Shown: positions 1 through 11,543 of the stretch, piece after piece
Layout of the letters: every line of letters begins with the position of its first letter
Position numbering within the stretch: position 1 is the stretch's first letter
Source: Botryllus schlosseri
Lineage: Eukaryota
Length of the DNA stretch: 64,000 nucleotides
Direction: 5' to 3'
NCBI GenBank assembly: GCA_051294905.1
Contig: CM119371.1
Location: 34,288,001 to 34,352,000 of the forward strand
Translations under genes and position numbers: made by a program
Notes under the pieces: generated by a model
What the model was told of the DNA's origin: nothing
What the model saw: the letters and a program-made list of their open reading frames with translations, nothing else
Database searches by the model: none

Positions 1-382
1 AGAGTGCTACTAGTCTTATAAAAAGGGTACACTGTCCGTTTTGGTTGTCTAGCTGACGATTTTTTTCTTTCGACTTGAAGTCAAAGTCACGTCTGGTCAG
101 AATTATCCAGAAAAGTCCGAAACAAAGTAACAACTAGCCGAAAATATTCGAAACTAATTCTGCAATATGGTTATGATGCCTGTACAATGTATTCATGCTG
201 CAATGTCTTGTCGAATGAAACCTTCTCGGAACTATGGTAGCATGGTAGGTCAAGAGTAGGTCAAAAAAGTTGAAAGTCACACGAGTTTTGACTGCCATGA
301 TAGCTGCAGAAGAATTTGCGTGTGCTGGTGCAACTCGAAGGTGGTGGGTGCAACCGATTTTGCAACGCCGGCCTATACTGGG

Positions 383-821
383 TAGGCTTACCATACGTCC
401 TCTTTTAAGAGGATTTGTCCTCTTTTTTTGACTTTTTTGGAAGTGTCCTCGGAGGACGCCCTTTTGTCCTCTTTTTTGAGATTTTGTCCTCTTTTTTGAA
501 AATTTAGGTCAGATTTAGAGAAAATGGCGAGTGACATGCCGCAAATTTGCACAGAAGTTACGCTCTGACGGGTATTTCGAAGTGAAAAACGGTGATTTTA
601 GCTCTGAGCGAAAAGATGACCTTTTTTTTAGTCATCCACCTGGCAATGTGGAGAGAAAAACGGTATTTTGAGATCTGAGCGGAAAGTTGACCTTTTTTTT
701 AGTCAACCGATCGCAAAGTGGGAACAATTCACCGGTTTTTGATAATTCTTCCTCGATTTTGCAAGTCTGAAATTTCTGAAAAAGTGTCCTCTTTTTAGAT
801 TTCCAAAATATGGTAAGCCTA
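383..821. mobile_element. hAT-type (Blackjack-like) MITE, copy 1
   Basis: Perfect 13-bp TIR TAGGCTTACCATA/TATGGTAAGCCTA; 8-bp TSD ATACTGGG (375-382, 822-829); closely related copy at 18109-18504. Confidence 0.92.
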
Positions 822-1060
822 ATACTGGGTAAGTGAAGCAGCTCAACCATTTAGTACTACCTCGTAGTAATTCGTTTCGCAATGCCTCGCCAGTAGGTCC
901 GTCCACCAAACGGCTTGAGCAAAAGTGACGCTATTCAAGTCTCGACACTGGTTTATATATATGGATACGCATGAGCGCATCTCCCACGTCTCTCATCGCC
1001 GGTGTTGTCGCCGAGTTAATTGACACTGCCAAATAAAATCGTGCTATGAAGTTGTTACCT

Positions 1061-1070
1061 GGGTATTTCC
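1061..1070 (+). promoter_or_regulatory. NF-kB/Rel-like site, E2 copy 1
   Basis: GGGTATTTCC, 38 bp upstream of TATA; preceded by GTTACCT as in the copy 2 promoter. Confidence 0.6.
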
Positions 1071-1098
1071 TGGAGGAATATCGGGACTGGTAGGTAAG

Positions 1099-1106
1099 TA
1101 TATAAG
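1099..1106 (+). promoter_or_regulatory. TATA box, E2 copy 1
   Basis: TATATAAG, 68 bp before the ATG; equivalent element in all five intact copies. Confidence 0.7.
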
Positions 1107-1166
1107 TGAACGATTAAGTCAGTGGTGGATTGTTACGCAAGGTGAAGCAGCATTATTTTAAGAGAA

Positions 1167-1637
1167 ATGGCCATGAAAAGATTGCAGTTTGAGTACAAGA
1201 AATTTTTACAAGAGCCGGGGAAGCTTCCTATTAGAGCAGGACCGATCGACGAATCTGACTTGTATCATTGGTGGGCGACGATAGAAGGACCTCCCGGTAC
1301 TGCGTTTGAAGGAGGGGTATTTCGAATTCTTATAGAATATTCCACCGAATATCCATTCAAACCACCGAAAATGCGATTTGACACCAAGATCTTCCATCCA
1401 AACGTCAGCAGGCGGGGTACAATATGCGTGGATATTTTACAAGCTCAATGGTCGCCAGCACTGACAACGGAAAAAGTGCTTTTATCGATATGTTCTCTGC
1501 TAGCGTCGCCCAATCCTGACGATCCTATGGACGCCGAGAGTGCAAATTTGTACGTGGAAAACCCAAAACTCTACGCTCAGCGGGCTAAGCAATGGACGGA
1601 GCTGTACGCCAGAGGTTCTCCCGCAGCGGTTTATTGA
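1167..1637 (+). CDS. UBE2D-like: Ubiquitin-conjugating enzyme E2, UBE2D/Ubc4-5-like, copy 1 (156 aa, single exon)
   Basis: Complete UBC domain motifs: AGP, YPFKPP, HPN (77-79), catalytic Cys87 (TICVDIL; codon 1425-1427), WSPALT, LLSICSLL, PNPDDP. Confidence 0.96.
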   Translation: MAMKRLQFEYKKFLQEPGKLPIRAGPIDESDLYHWWATIEGPPGTAFEGGVFRILIEYSTEYPFKPPKMRFDTKIFHPNVSRRGTICVDILQAQWSPALTTEKVLLSICSLLASPNPDDPMDAESANLYVENPKLYAQRAKQWTELYARGSPAAVY

Positions 1638-2246
1638 ACGTGATTCCATAAAAAGAGCGGTGTTCAGTATATACTTCATGTATTTCTTACTGAACATTGA
1701 ACTGCATGTTTGGAAAGAATTTCCTGTAATAGCCTGTTACGTCTGAAGGCTATAATCCACTGTGAATCGCAATGATAGTGATTTTTTAAAAATCTATTTT
1801 GTTATAAGGTCAAGCCTTAACAATACATCTGCTATTATGCGACTTATTGGTCATACATGTGTTGATAGTTTCATACAGTTTAAATAATAATGCAAGAGTT
1901 AATTTTACACAAACAAAATTGCTTTTCGTCCGAAACAAAATATTTGATATTTCAATCTGCGTACATGAGTTAAACTCTCGATTGCACGCCATAAACTTCC
2001 AAATGTCGATTACCAGCAAGATTTTTCTCATCTTGTGCTAAATTTTTTACGACAACAATTCGTTCCTCGATACTGATCAAATCTGCAGTTTACAGTGATC
2101 TCGTGTTGGCATTTTCCAATTGTCGAATTCTTATTATTTGGTGGAGCAAAATGTTTTTTTTCGTTCAATAATTATACATGTGATATCCATTTATGTTTTA
2201 CATGCTTGTTGCAATGGATTTTCCGCGTACACATCTGAAATTTTAT

Positions 2247-2252
2247 AATAAA
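2247..2252 (+). terminator. Putative polyadenylation signal, E2 copy 1
   Basis: AATAAA inside a ~60-bp block well conserved with the copy 2 flank (AATAAA at 12172-12177). Confidence 0.5.
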
Positions 2253-2859
2253 ATATACCAAACCAATACTTTACATTTCGCCAAATCCTTCGTAACACAT
2301 GAGCGTGGCATACGAACAATACAAAATATAAGTTTCGATATACGCAACAGTCATTGCGAAGTCTGTTCAAAGCTATCAATACCAGAAGCACTTATTAGTG
2401 ACACGTTTCCAATTGCAGAAGCTTGAAGATAATGCTGTATAGACTAGCAGTATGTCGGTGCTCTTTGGTCGAGAATGACACGGTAATTGATATATCCAAT
2501 GTTCTGTAAGTTGATTTAGAGTACAGATTGCACGAAATGTCAACAATGATAGGGAATTTAGAAGCTATTATAAAATTCCAGATATACCGATAAGTCCCTT
2601 TTATTCTGACTCTGCTGCATCGTATATAAATGAAGTTGATACTAGATGTATTTTGAAATTGCTGGCAGAAACTGAAAATTCTAGTTGAAATATGTCACAT
2701 TGGAAATCGTCAGAAAATGTTCGTGTGTGCAAACATCCTTCATAACCGACGATCCGTGTGTTTCAGTCGAGGTGATGTCCCAATTTTGAAGTAGGACGGG
2801 AACTCCCCGAATCTATAGGTCTACATATCAAAATACTGGCCCGTGGATCGTGTAGATTC

Positions 2860-3813
2860 CAGTGTTGGGATCAAGTCAATACCTTCGAGTCACGAGTCAT
2901 CTCGAGTCATTGCACATTTTGACTCGAGTCAAGTCAAGTCAATCGATTTTCGAAAGTGACTCGAGTCAAGTCAAGTCACTCGTTTTTTGGATGTGACTCG
3001 AGTCAAGTCAAGTCAAGTCAAGTCGAGTCACGAGTCAAGTCACAATTCAAGTCAAATTGAATTTTCGAAGTATCAGTGTCGATTCGAAGTAATTACATTT
3101 TGCTAGCTGAGTGAAAGACAGTATAATTTGCCATTTATCTGACATCAAATAACTAATGTAAAGTTTAATATGCATGCAAGAACGCGTCTATCACGCACAC
3201 GTAGAACCGCAAATAAAATACGCGACTAACTGTATACCTATGCTACAGTCTGTTATTATATCAGTCATTAGGATCGAATACGAAGCCTCGAGAAGTTGTA
3301 ACAAATTGATATGGATTTGAATCAAACAAGAGGGTTGGTAAAGGTGATCACTGCGCAATGCTAGCAAGCAGTGAGCCGTACGTCTAAGAGACATGGATAG
3401 CCTACGTTCATTGCTATTGTATTCTTCTTCTTCTACTACTAATACTACTACGACTACAACGTAACCTGTGATCATTTCGTTGAGGTCAATATATTTGTGA
3501 TGCAATAATGGAGGATCATTCAAACGTACATTCAGTGAATGCCTGGTTACTCTCACAAGTGGCACATAGGCGTATCGCGAACAATACGGACTTATGCCCA
3601 AAATACACTGATTTGATTGATACCGTTTTCTTGATGACTTGAAATTGACTCGTAAATTTTGCGTCGAGTCACGAGTCAATCCGCATTTTTGAAGCGCCGA
3701 GTCAAGTCAAGTCAAGTCATTTTTGCAAAGTGACTCGAGTCAAGTCAAGTCAAACGAAAAAGTGACTCGAGTCTGACTCGAGTCAAGTCATGACTCGAGT
3801 CATCTCAACACTG
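2860..3813. mobile_element. hAT-type MITE with GACTC/AAGTC subterminal repeats
   Basis: TIR CAGTGTTGGGAT/ATCTCAACACTG; 8-bp TSD GTAGATTC (2852-2859, 3814-3821); GACTCGAGTCAAGTC arrays at both ends; absent from the paralogous copy 2 flank. Confidence 0.92.
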
Positions 3814-4718
3814 GTAGATTCTACGCTGTGAAGTAGAACTTTACCACGGACTTGGGTTTGGGTGCGGCATCCAGATAAGGTTCAACGTTAGGTTAGGTTG
3901 GATAGGCTTACTGGCCGCGGTTAGGGTTATTCACATGGTCAAGTGTCGCACGCTCCATTGCCGTTTTTGATTGTGTCGCTAGCTTAAATGTTGGACTAGG
4001 TACCACCTGTTTACCGCGGAAGATTTTTCCAACTTATTTCCCATGGTCTTAGTAAATAGATCTACGTAGTGACACGATATCGTTTTCTGTGTATTTATAT
4101 AAACCGCTGATGATGATCCAAGGGCTTTGAAGGCATGAGATGTTTATCTCCATTGGAGCGTAACAATGTTCGTCAATGACGTCTCGCTATACATAACCAG
4201 AAATGGTTTTACGCACGGCGCTCTTCTGTTGCCTTCTAGCTCCATTGTTCAGTTGCACAATGTGTTCAGTTCATATGACGCACGTGCCCCGCGGCCCGTA
4301 CTGTTTCTGTGGACTTTGAAAATGTCAACATTTTCTTTTGGAGATACTTATACTCGCGCTGACGTTGTACCACGGATATTGGCAATTGCGCACACACGAG
4401 AAACAAATAAATCGTCAGACCACCAATTTATAAGCAGGTTACGCAGGTATGGAGAAGGTGGATTTCAGTCCAGTCCGGTTCACAGACGTGCCTGACGCCT
4501 TGCATACGCTTAATAAGTTTGATTGTGCAGCCTTTCTGTTGTGCATAACCATTACAATGTAGCAATGCAATGTAAGTCGCAACTCTTGGTTTAATGAGGA
4601 TAAACGTGAGTCACATAGTGTAGTAGGTTATTACCGCCAAGAATAGTCTCCATTCCGCCAACCGCCTTGGCGTGTAAGACATAACTTCTTTATAATATCG
4701 GCTGATAACTATCTAAAG

Positions 4719-5862
4719 CAGTGATTCCCAAGCGAGGCCCCGAGGCTCAAAAAATATATTAAGAAATCGATTTATGACGAAAAATAAAATTTGTATTTAT
4801 AAAATATTCTTGCTTGGCTTGGCCTCTTTAGTTTTTAATTATAGAATTGCAAGAAAGTTGTGAGTATAGACTGCTAACGTTACGTCACTGCTGTTTCGAT
4901 GCAATGTGCCCTAACTTTCCAGTTGAACGAGCAGTAGCTATAGATATAATTAGGTATTGATAACTTTCAAAACGGGAGGAAAATACTGAAAAATAGTAAA
5001 TTTTTCCCACTTCGTGGTCGCTTGACTAAAAAAGAAAAAGAGGCTCAACTCCCGGAAAATACAGTTTTTCTTTCACATTAACAGGTGGTTGACTGAAATA
5101 AAAGGTCAACTTTCCGGTCCAGCTCCCGAAATAGCCGCCATAACGTTACTACAGTGCTGACTAAATGTATATCAGTCGAAATTGGCCCTATATGTAACCA
5201 AAATCCTAAAAAAAGAAGACAAAATCGCAAAAAAGAAGACATTTCGGCGTCCTCCAAGGACACTTTAAAAAAAATCATAATAGAGGATAAATCATCTTTA
5301 AAGAGGACGCATGGTAACCCTATGATAACTAGATGTGCAACACGTGACTCACGGTTGAATACGCTATTGGGTACTCTTCCCCAAGAAAAAAAATACGCAA
5401 GATATATAGAAATGGGAATATCAGACTTGGCCATGACCGCACCACAACGCCCAAGGCATATAAAGTTTTAGGCCATGTAACATGTGACTCCAAGAAGTGT
5501 GTCAGAACGATCGGCAGCGAGAAAGCCTTGGCCGTAAAGGACTGTTATTATGCTGATCAAAAACTTCGAGATACCAAAAACTTCCGATCATATTGACCGA
5601 TTCAGTGATGAAACTAAAGAAATTACTCGCGCTTTGCACGTTTAGGCGAGAAAAGCTGATTCACTCAACGGACACCCAATGCAGCAGATAAGTAGCGGTA
5701 AACAGTGTACAGTTTTGAAATCTCACCAGGGCAATAAAACTACTCCCAAATAGCCATGATGACTGTTTGGGTCCGTTTCATAGCCGTAGTATTCGTGCGG
5801 CCCCGACCGTACTCTGAAATTCTAAATTTGGCCCTCACACCGGAAAAGTTTGGGAACCAGTG
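4719..5862. mobile_element. hAT (Buster/Charlie-type) MITE
   Basis: TIR CAGTGATTCCCAA/TTGGGAACCAGTG; TSD ATCTAAAG; both ends shared with 51483-53189. Confidence 0.9.
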
Positions 5863-6349
5863 ATCTAAAGTTCGTTCTCTAAGTGATTGCCTAATCGCGT
5901 CGAGCAAGTGCGACGGTGAAGATATCGTGCCATAAAGTTTGTTAATAGGTTAAGAGACGATGACGCGCAGCTGGAGCGTGAAGGTTCTGTGGAAATTTCA
6001 ACAAATTGCAGCTCCATTACGGTGGCGTTCTGAACAAAATGGCTGTGGCAATTTTTTTTTCGTTTTGCCCTTCAATTTGAGACCACATCATTTTTAGAGT
6101 GCAGTGTCCCTTTAAATATCCGTTGAATATATCGGTGTTATTAGTGAGGGTATATGAATAAAATTCATAATGTCGTGGAAGCTTTCAATTGATACCAATT
6201 TTATCCATTTTCGAGCTCGGTAAACCGGTGAAAAATTAACTCAAGATTTCCTTTGGCCAAATGGACAGTATAATGTAAACCAATCGCAGTGAGCCGTGAG
6301 ATTTGCTTGTGTCGTCTGTCCACACATTGTAGGACACTATGGTCAATTG

Positions 6350-6600
6350 GTCATGGTCATACTCTTGAAAACGATTGCTGTCAGCAAGCATTTTTCGCTT
6401 GGGTAAAATACGCTGTATTTTGGATAGGAGTGCTGGATATGGTTCCTATAAAGACCTGACGATCGAAGCACTAGACGTTCTTGCACAACACAACATTTGT
6501 TTGGCCGGAAAGTGTCTTCGTGCACTATAGTTGAACTCAAACCGAGGCAAAAGAGTTGTCATGATGGCCTAAACCGGCAGCTTACTTGTTGCACAGCTAT
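6350..6600 (+). mobile_element. Degenerate hAT transposase C-terminal relic
   Basis: Aligns by eye to 27040-27300 (cagcaagcattt...tgtattttggatagga...aagcactag...gacgttcttg...tgtttggccg). Confidence 0.55.
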
Positions 6601-6986
6601 GGTCACGGTGATTGATCATATTCAGTAGGGAAAATACCTTAGCTTACCAGTCTAGTAAATCGGTTGATTATTTGATTGACTTCACTTCACGCGTTCAAGT
6701 CATGTTGCACGCGAGTCGTTTATCCATGGTAGACGTTTTCATACCGAGCTGTATGTACGTCGTACGGTTTTCTCTGTGGCTGTTTATGGTTGTTTCAAAT
6801 TTCAATACAAGATTTCTTCTAAGCTTCAATATGAAGTAATGTGGCGTAGTTGTAAGTCCAGCCTGTTGTCGTTAGCACGTGGTCCCCATACCCACAGGCC
6901 ACAGCCACCACATAATAAAGTACTCTAGACTCTCTGGTTTATATAGCGACTCGGAGTATATGTCGTGTCATAGCTACTATCTAGAG

Positions 6987-7966
6987 TAGTGGGTCCCAAC
7001 CTTTTTTGGTGTCGGAGCCTCATATCAAATTTCAGAGTACCTTTGGAGCCGCACGAATACACTCATTAGGTATAACAAAATTTATAAAGCATGAAGGCCA
7101 ACCAACTCATAGCAACACCAACAAGAAAAAAATACACAAATCAATTTAATGTCCAACTTGGCATTGGCTTTGAGCTTCAAGAAGTGTGTCAAAGCGAAGC
7201 GAATTGCAGAGATTGCAGTACGCAGTAGCTGCGTCAGGTGGTCATTGGTCGATCGATCGCGATTTTGATTTCTGGTTCTGAGCATTTTGCTAAAAAGCGC
7301 TACACATACATAAGTTAATCACATTTTCTGGGCATTGGTTATCAAGTTGGGATACTTTCCCTCTGGAACCTGACTCCAAAATTCAGGTCTTCACGTTGAA
7401 GTAATTGCTTGAGCTCGATATCTGACTGCATGTCTAGCAACTCGAGTTTAAAATTTCTAGGGGCAGTGGCCACATTAATTGCAATATGATTATACGCGCA
7501 AAAAAAGCATTCATTCCGTCAATGCGGCGGTCGAACTCATCAATATCGTTGCTAATAAGCCTGGTGTATGCATCTAATGAGCCATTGGTTCGATGGTCAG
7601 ATACCGTTTAAAAATTTGTTGTAACACCACCTATACTTAAGTGTCTGGTGGTGAGATGACTTAAATTTGAGTGCCGATCCGAACGCACTTGAGTGTGAAT
7701 AGCCTATACGTTTTGGCGTGAGTTGAGTAACGAAATCGTTGCTGAGTAGAGAATTGCTACCCGACAGCAGAGGAATTGGTCTCCACCCTTGATTATAAAC
7801 TCGAGACTCCAAGCCGAGCAAGAGTGATTTTTAAACATGAACTATATTTATTTGGTATAAATTGATTTTTTAATATTTATGTGGGATTTTCAGACGTCAA
7901 TGAGAACCGCAAGAAGGCTAGCTGGGAGCCGCATGCGGCTCTCGGAACCGCGTTTGGGAATCACTG
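6987..7966. mobile_element. hAT (Buster/Charlie-type) MITE
   Basis: Imperfect TIR TAGTGGGTCCCAA/TTGGGAATCACTG; TSD ATCTAGAG (6979-6986, 7967-7974). Confidence 0.85.
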
Positions 7967-7970
7967 ATCT

Positions 7971-8001
<31 letters not shown>

Positions 8002-8647
8002 TTTCATCCAACCAAAATACATAACAAACAGAGGGCAATGATGGTGGTACAGAAAATATGCATGCACAATATTCGGTATCAGATAGGAATGATCGATACG
8101 ACCGTGAAGGTCGATTAGTCTGATCACACCCACATCAAACAGGTACACTTGTCTCGACACAGTCTGGCCGTGAAAACTGTTAGTTAAAAAAGTAAAATAA
8201 AAATAAAAATTTACCGACAGTAGCAAAAGGTCAATGAAGCAATGTCTTTGTGAGATAGCACAACAGTGTTAATATAACGACAAGAGGTGACTAAGTTGTT
8301 ATTTATTGAATCTATTACAAGGCAACTCACGGATATGTTGTGGTAATGCATTCCAAGTGATATGTCCTTAGTAGTCGATAGATCTCTTAGTTAGGTTGCT
8401 ATTGGGTTGGGGTAAGTAGATATTTCCCTTTGACAAGGATCTCGTGTAATGGGAGTGGACATTTTAGCAGGTATGAAAAAGTCATCGAACACAGGAGGCA
8501 AACTATTAGAAAGATATTTGTGTATAATTTTGATACTTCGAAGCGATATAGTTCGTCAACTCGCAAAATTTGATGCTTACGGTAGTAAGGCAATAATTTG
8601 GCTCGTAAAGGTAAAGATGAAATCAGCCGTATCGCACGATTTTGCAC
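7971..8647 (-). mobile_element. 3' end of a non-LTR retrotransposon (CR1/L2-like) with (CT)n tail
   Basis: Minus-strand peptide QNRAIRLISSLPLRAKLLPYYRKHQILRVDELY resembles a LINE ORF2 C-terminus; minus strand ends AATAAATA followed by (CT)12. Confidence 0.7.
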
Positions 8648-9022
8648 GGTTCTATAGCCGTCTCATACTATCTTAAGCGATGTGCAGCCCGTTTATGTCA
8701 TCGCATGAAAGTTCCATATCATATACCGGGGGTGCCTACAATTTCTACATCACCAGATCAATTACGGTGCATATTTATGTATTCCATCTCGTGATATACA
8801 TGGCCTTAAACGGTAGTGGAGGACGCAAGTCGACGAAACCACCGGACTCCGTTCGATGCACCATATTTAGGGCTAGGCGGTTCATGGTAGAGCGATCGTA
8901 ACGCGTAGAATTCTCTTCTCTTCTCTCAAATTTGCAAGTATGAGAAAATAGTCTTCGCTTGAGTACACAGCATCAAATTCTGTGCGGTATGTAACTAGGA
9001 CAACGCTATCATTTGGTACGAG

Positions 9023-9058
9023 TATAGATAACTAACCTACGTAGGTTAGTTATCTATA
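9023..9058. mobile_element. 36-bp perfect palindromic micro-element
   Basis: TATAGATAACTAACCTAC|GTAGGTTAGTTATCTATA flanked by 7-bp direct repeat GTACGAG. Confidence 0.85.
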
Positions 9059-9279
9059 GTACGAGCCGCGATAGAAATAGTACATGATTTCAATACATGG
9101 TTGTTTCAAACAGTATTTTTCCGCTGTTTACGACTACCTCGTGTAACAACTCTATATTTAGTAATGGGCAACCGTCTGTGAAGTCTGCTGCCATACGAAG
9201 TACCATTAGTAGCTTATTCGTTTCGACGTCTCAGTAGTGCGGTATACAGAATAACTAGAAAGCCCTAACTTGGTACCGA

Positions 9280-9900
9280 CTTATTCAAATTTACTATTCC
9301 TGATGTTTCCAGGCATAAGCGGACTTGATTAATCTCGAATCCACGCGCTAGCCATCCATCAATGCACGCCAAATGCAAATCATTATGCAGTAAGTCAATT
9401 TGACAACGATATGAAAGTTATGCCCGATGCCTGCCTTCATGAACATGGAGTGCAGTAGGCAATCGACAAAACTCGCTATCAGTAGCAACTAAATCTTCGA
9501 TGACGAGATGCTGTTTCGAATGGCGTTGCATCACTTAATCGCTTCGGTGGATTTAATTAAGCCCGATATTGCAGAACAGTAACGATGAGAAGGACTGCTT
9601 TTTCCAAAAACATACGTGTCAGGTGAATTTTCGTTTGTTCCGCTCGCGACTTCGCCATAATTGGTATTAACAGTTAATGAGCGCAACGAGGTAATGTCAC
9701 GGAGAAACAAAGATTCAAAGCATCGTGACATATACTGACTATACCCGCAGCTCTCTTTCATTACAGTCACTCTGAATTATTACGATCGGTTTTCAGACAG
9801 CAACCTTCGTAATCTATTTGCCATGCATGGCGCCAACTTATTAAACAGTGCCTCTTCCCATCCTTCAGTTCGGGGCCCATTTTTATTGCAAGTTCTAATG
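9280..9900 (-). mobile_element. Possible highly decayed reverse-transcriptase relic
   Basis: Correctly ordered weak minus-strand fragments (GPE..LFNKLAPCMA; VFGKSSPS; HVHEGR) resembling LINE RT N-terminal motifs; many stops. Confidence 0.3.
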
Positions 9901-10167
9901 TGCGTCATATTGCTAATTCCAACCCTGCATTTCAGTGACGTGATAGCCTATAAAAATGTACACGATACCTAGCGACGACTCGGGCCACATAATGCCGCAA
10001 TGCTGAAGTACATATTGACGTTTCAAACGTCGCCAAATTTATCAACTTGGGTAATCACTAATCATATGATATAATACTCCCATAAAATCAATATCTTCCT
10101 TCGCTTCGTCAACAATTTCGACGAGGACATGCATGGAAATATAAGCTCACGCCTTAACGGTCTAGGC

Positions 10168-10481
10168 CAGTGGTTCCCAACCTTTTTCGACTCATCGACC
10201 CCTTTTCAAGCTCAACGCCAATCATCGCCCCCCAGATTTTGTGAACCGAAAATTCGGTATACAAACTGTAATCAGCGGCAGGTTGACTAAAAAAAAGGTC
10301 AACTTTTCTACTCATTGCGAATTTTCCACTTTTGCAACTAAATTTCCGTGGGTTGACTGAAAAAAAAGTCATTTCTCCGACTTGACTCCAATATAGCCGT
10401 TTTAACGCGTCATCGCCCCCCTATCGCCCTTCGCTATTTTCGCCCCCTAGGCCGTCGAATCGCCCACGTTGGGGATCACTG
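10168..10481. mobile_element. hAT (Buster/Charlie-type) MITE
   Basis: TIR CAGTGGTTCCCAAC/GTTGGGGATCACTG; TSD GTCTAGGC. Confidence 0.9.
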
Positions 10482-10965
10482 GTCTAGGCCAGACCGGACA
10501 ATGTATTCGGGCGTCTGAGTTTTGCTACGTTGATATTGAGCGGAGTGTAAAACGGGTTTCTATACTTGATACCGATATTACCCCATTAACAGGTTATACA
10601 GCAGTAGCCAGCACCCCAATCGCATTGATTTGGTTTTTATGATACAATGAACATATGAAGTCAAGATTGACCCCGTACGCCTGCTAGATTATTTACATCA
10701 GACAACGATATCAATTTCATTGATTGGCCCAATAAGTATCATTCGCTGACTACCTATGTGTATTTCGCTCTTGATGGTGTGTGATTGCAGGTCAAGCTCA
10801 CAGCAGAGAGTCACTAAATATTTACTGACGGAGAGCTGGATATTTTGAGTAAACTTTTGTAACAAAGCAAGTACAATTTTTGAGATTGTCAAGGTGCATG
10901 CTCGATTAGTGATGATTTTTTTTATGCTGCCAGCGCCATAAGTCTACCGCATCACGCGGTTACCT

Positions 10966-10976
10966 GGGGAGTCCCC
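10966..10976 (+). promoter_or_regulatory. NF-kB-like site, E2 copy 2
   Basis: GGGGAGTCCCC; reverse strand contains GGGACTCCCC, fitting GGGRNYYYCC; 41 bp upstream of TATA. Confidence 0.65.
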
Positions 10977-11006
10977 TACTGAAATTTACGCCGGTCGTTG
11001 TCTCTG

Positions 11007-11014
11007 TATAAATA
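11007..11014 (+). promoter_or_regulatory. TATA box, E2 copy 2
   Basis: TATAAATA, 66 bp before the ATG. Confidence 0.72.
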
Positions 11015-11072
11015 CGGAGAGTGACATTGTCGAGCGATTCAATAGCGGTGAACAACAACGCCTGACACAGAA

Positions 11073-11543
11073 ATGGCTATGAAAAGGCTTCAGTACGAGT
11101 ACAAGAAATTTTTACAAGAACCCGGGAAGCTTCCTATTAGAGCAGGACCGATCGACGAATCTGACTTGTATCATTGGTGGGCGACGATAGAAGGACCTCC
11201 TGGTACAGCGTTTGAAGGAGGGTTATTTCGCATTCTTATAGAATACTCCACCGAATATCCCTTCAAACCACCTAAAATGCGATTTGACACCAAAATCTTC
11301 CATCCAAACGTCAGCAGAAGAGGTACGATATGCGTGGATATTTTACAAGCGCAATGGTCGCCAGCACTGACAACGGAAAAAGTACTTTTATCAATATGTT
11401 CCCTGCTTGCGTCGCCAAATCCTGACGACCCTATGGACGCCGAGAGTGCAAATCTGTACGTGGAAAACCCAACACTCTACGTTCAAAGGGCTAAGCAATG
11501 GACGGAGATGTACGCCAGAGGTGCTCCGGTAGTACTTTATTGA
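11073..11543 (+). CDS. UBE2D-like: Ubiquitin-conjugating enzyme E2, UBE2D-like, copy 2 (156 aa, single exon)
   Basis: 147/156 residues identical to copy 1 by manual count; HPN and Cys87 intact. Confidence 0.96.
   Translation: MAMKRLQYEYKKFLQEPGKLPIRAGPIDESDLYHWWATIEGPPGTAFEGGLFRILIEYSTEYPFKPPKMRFDTKIFHPNVSRRGTICVDILQAQWSPALTTEKVLLSICSLLASPNPDDPMDAESANLYVENPTLYVQRAKQWTEMYARGAPVVLY

Noticed and set aside
3191..3679. 162-aa minus-strand ORF
   Set aside because: Lies inside a MITE, includes simple repeats and has no transposase motifs
3850..3930. Interstitial telomeric repeat (also ~13695-13745)
   Set aside because: Only scattered GGTTAG-like words in a duplicated flank; no regular array
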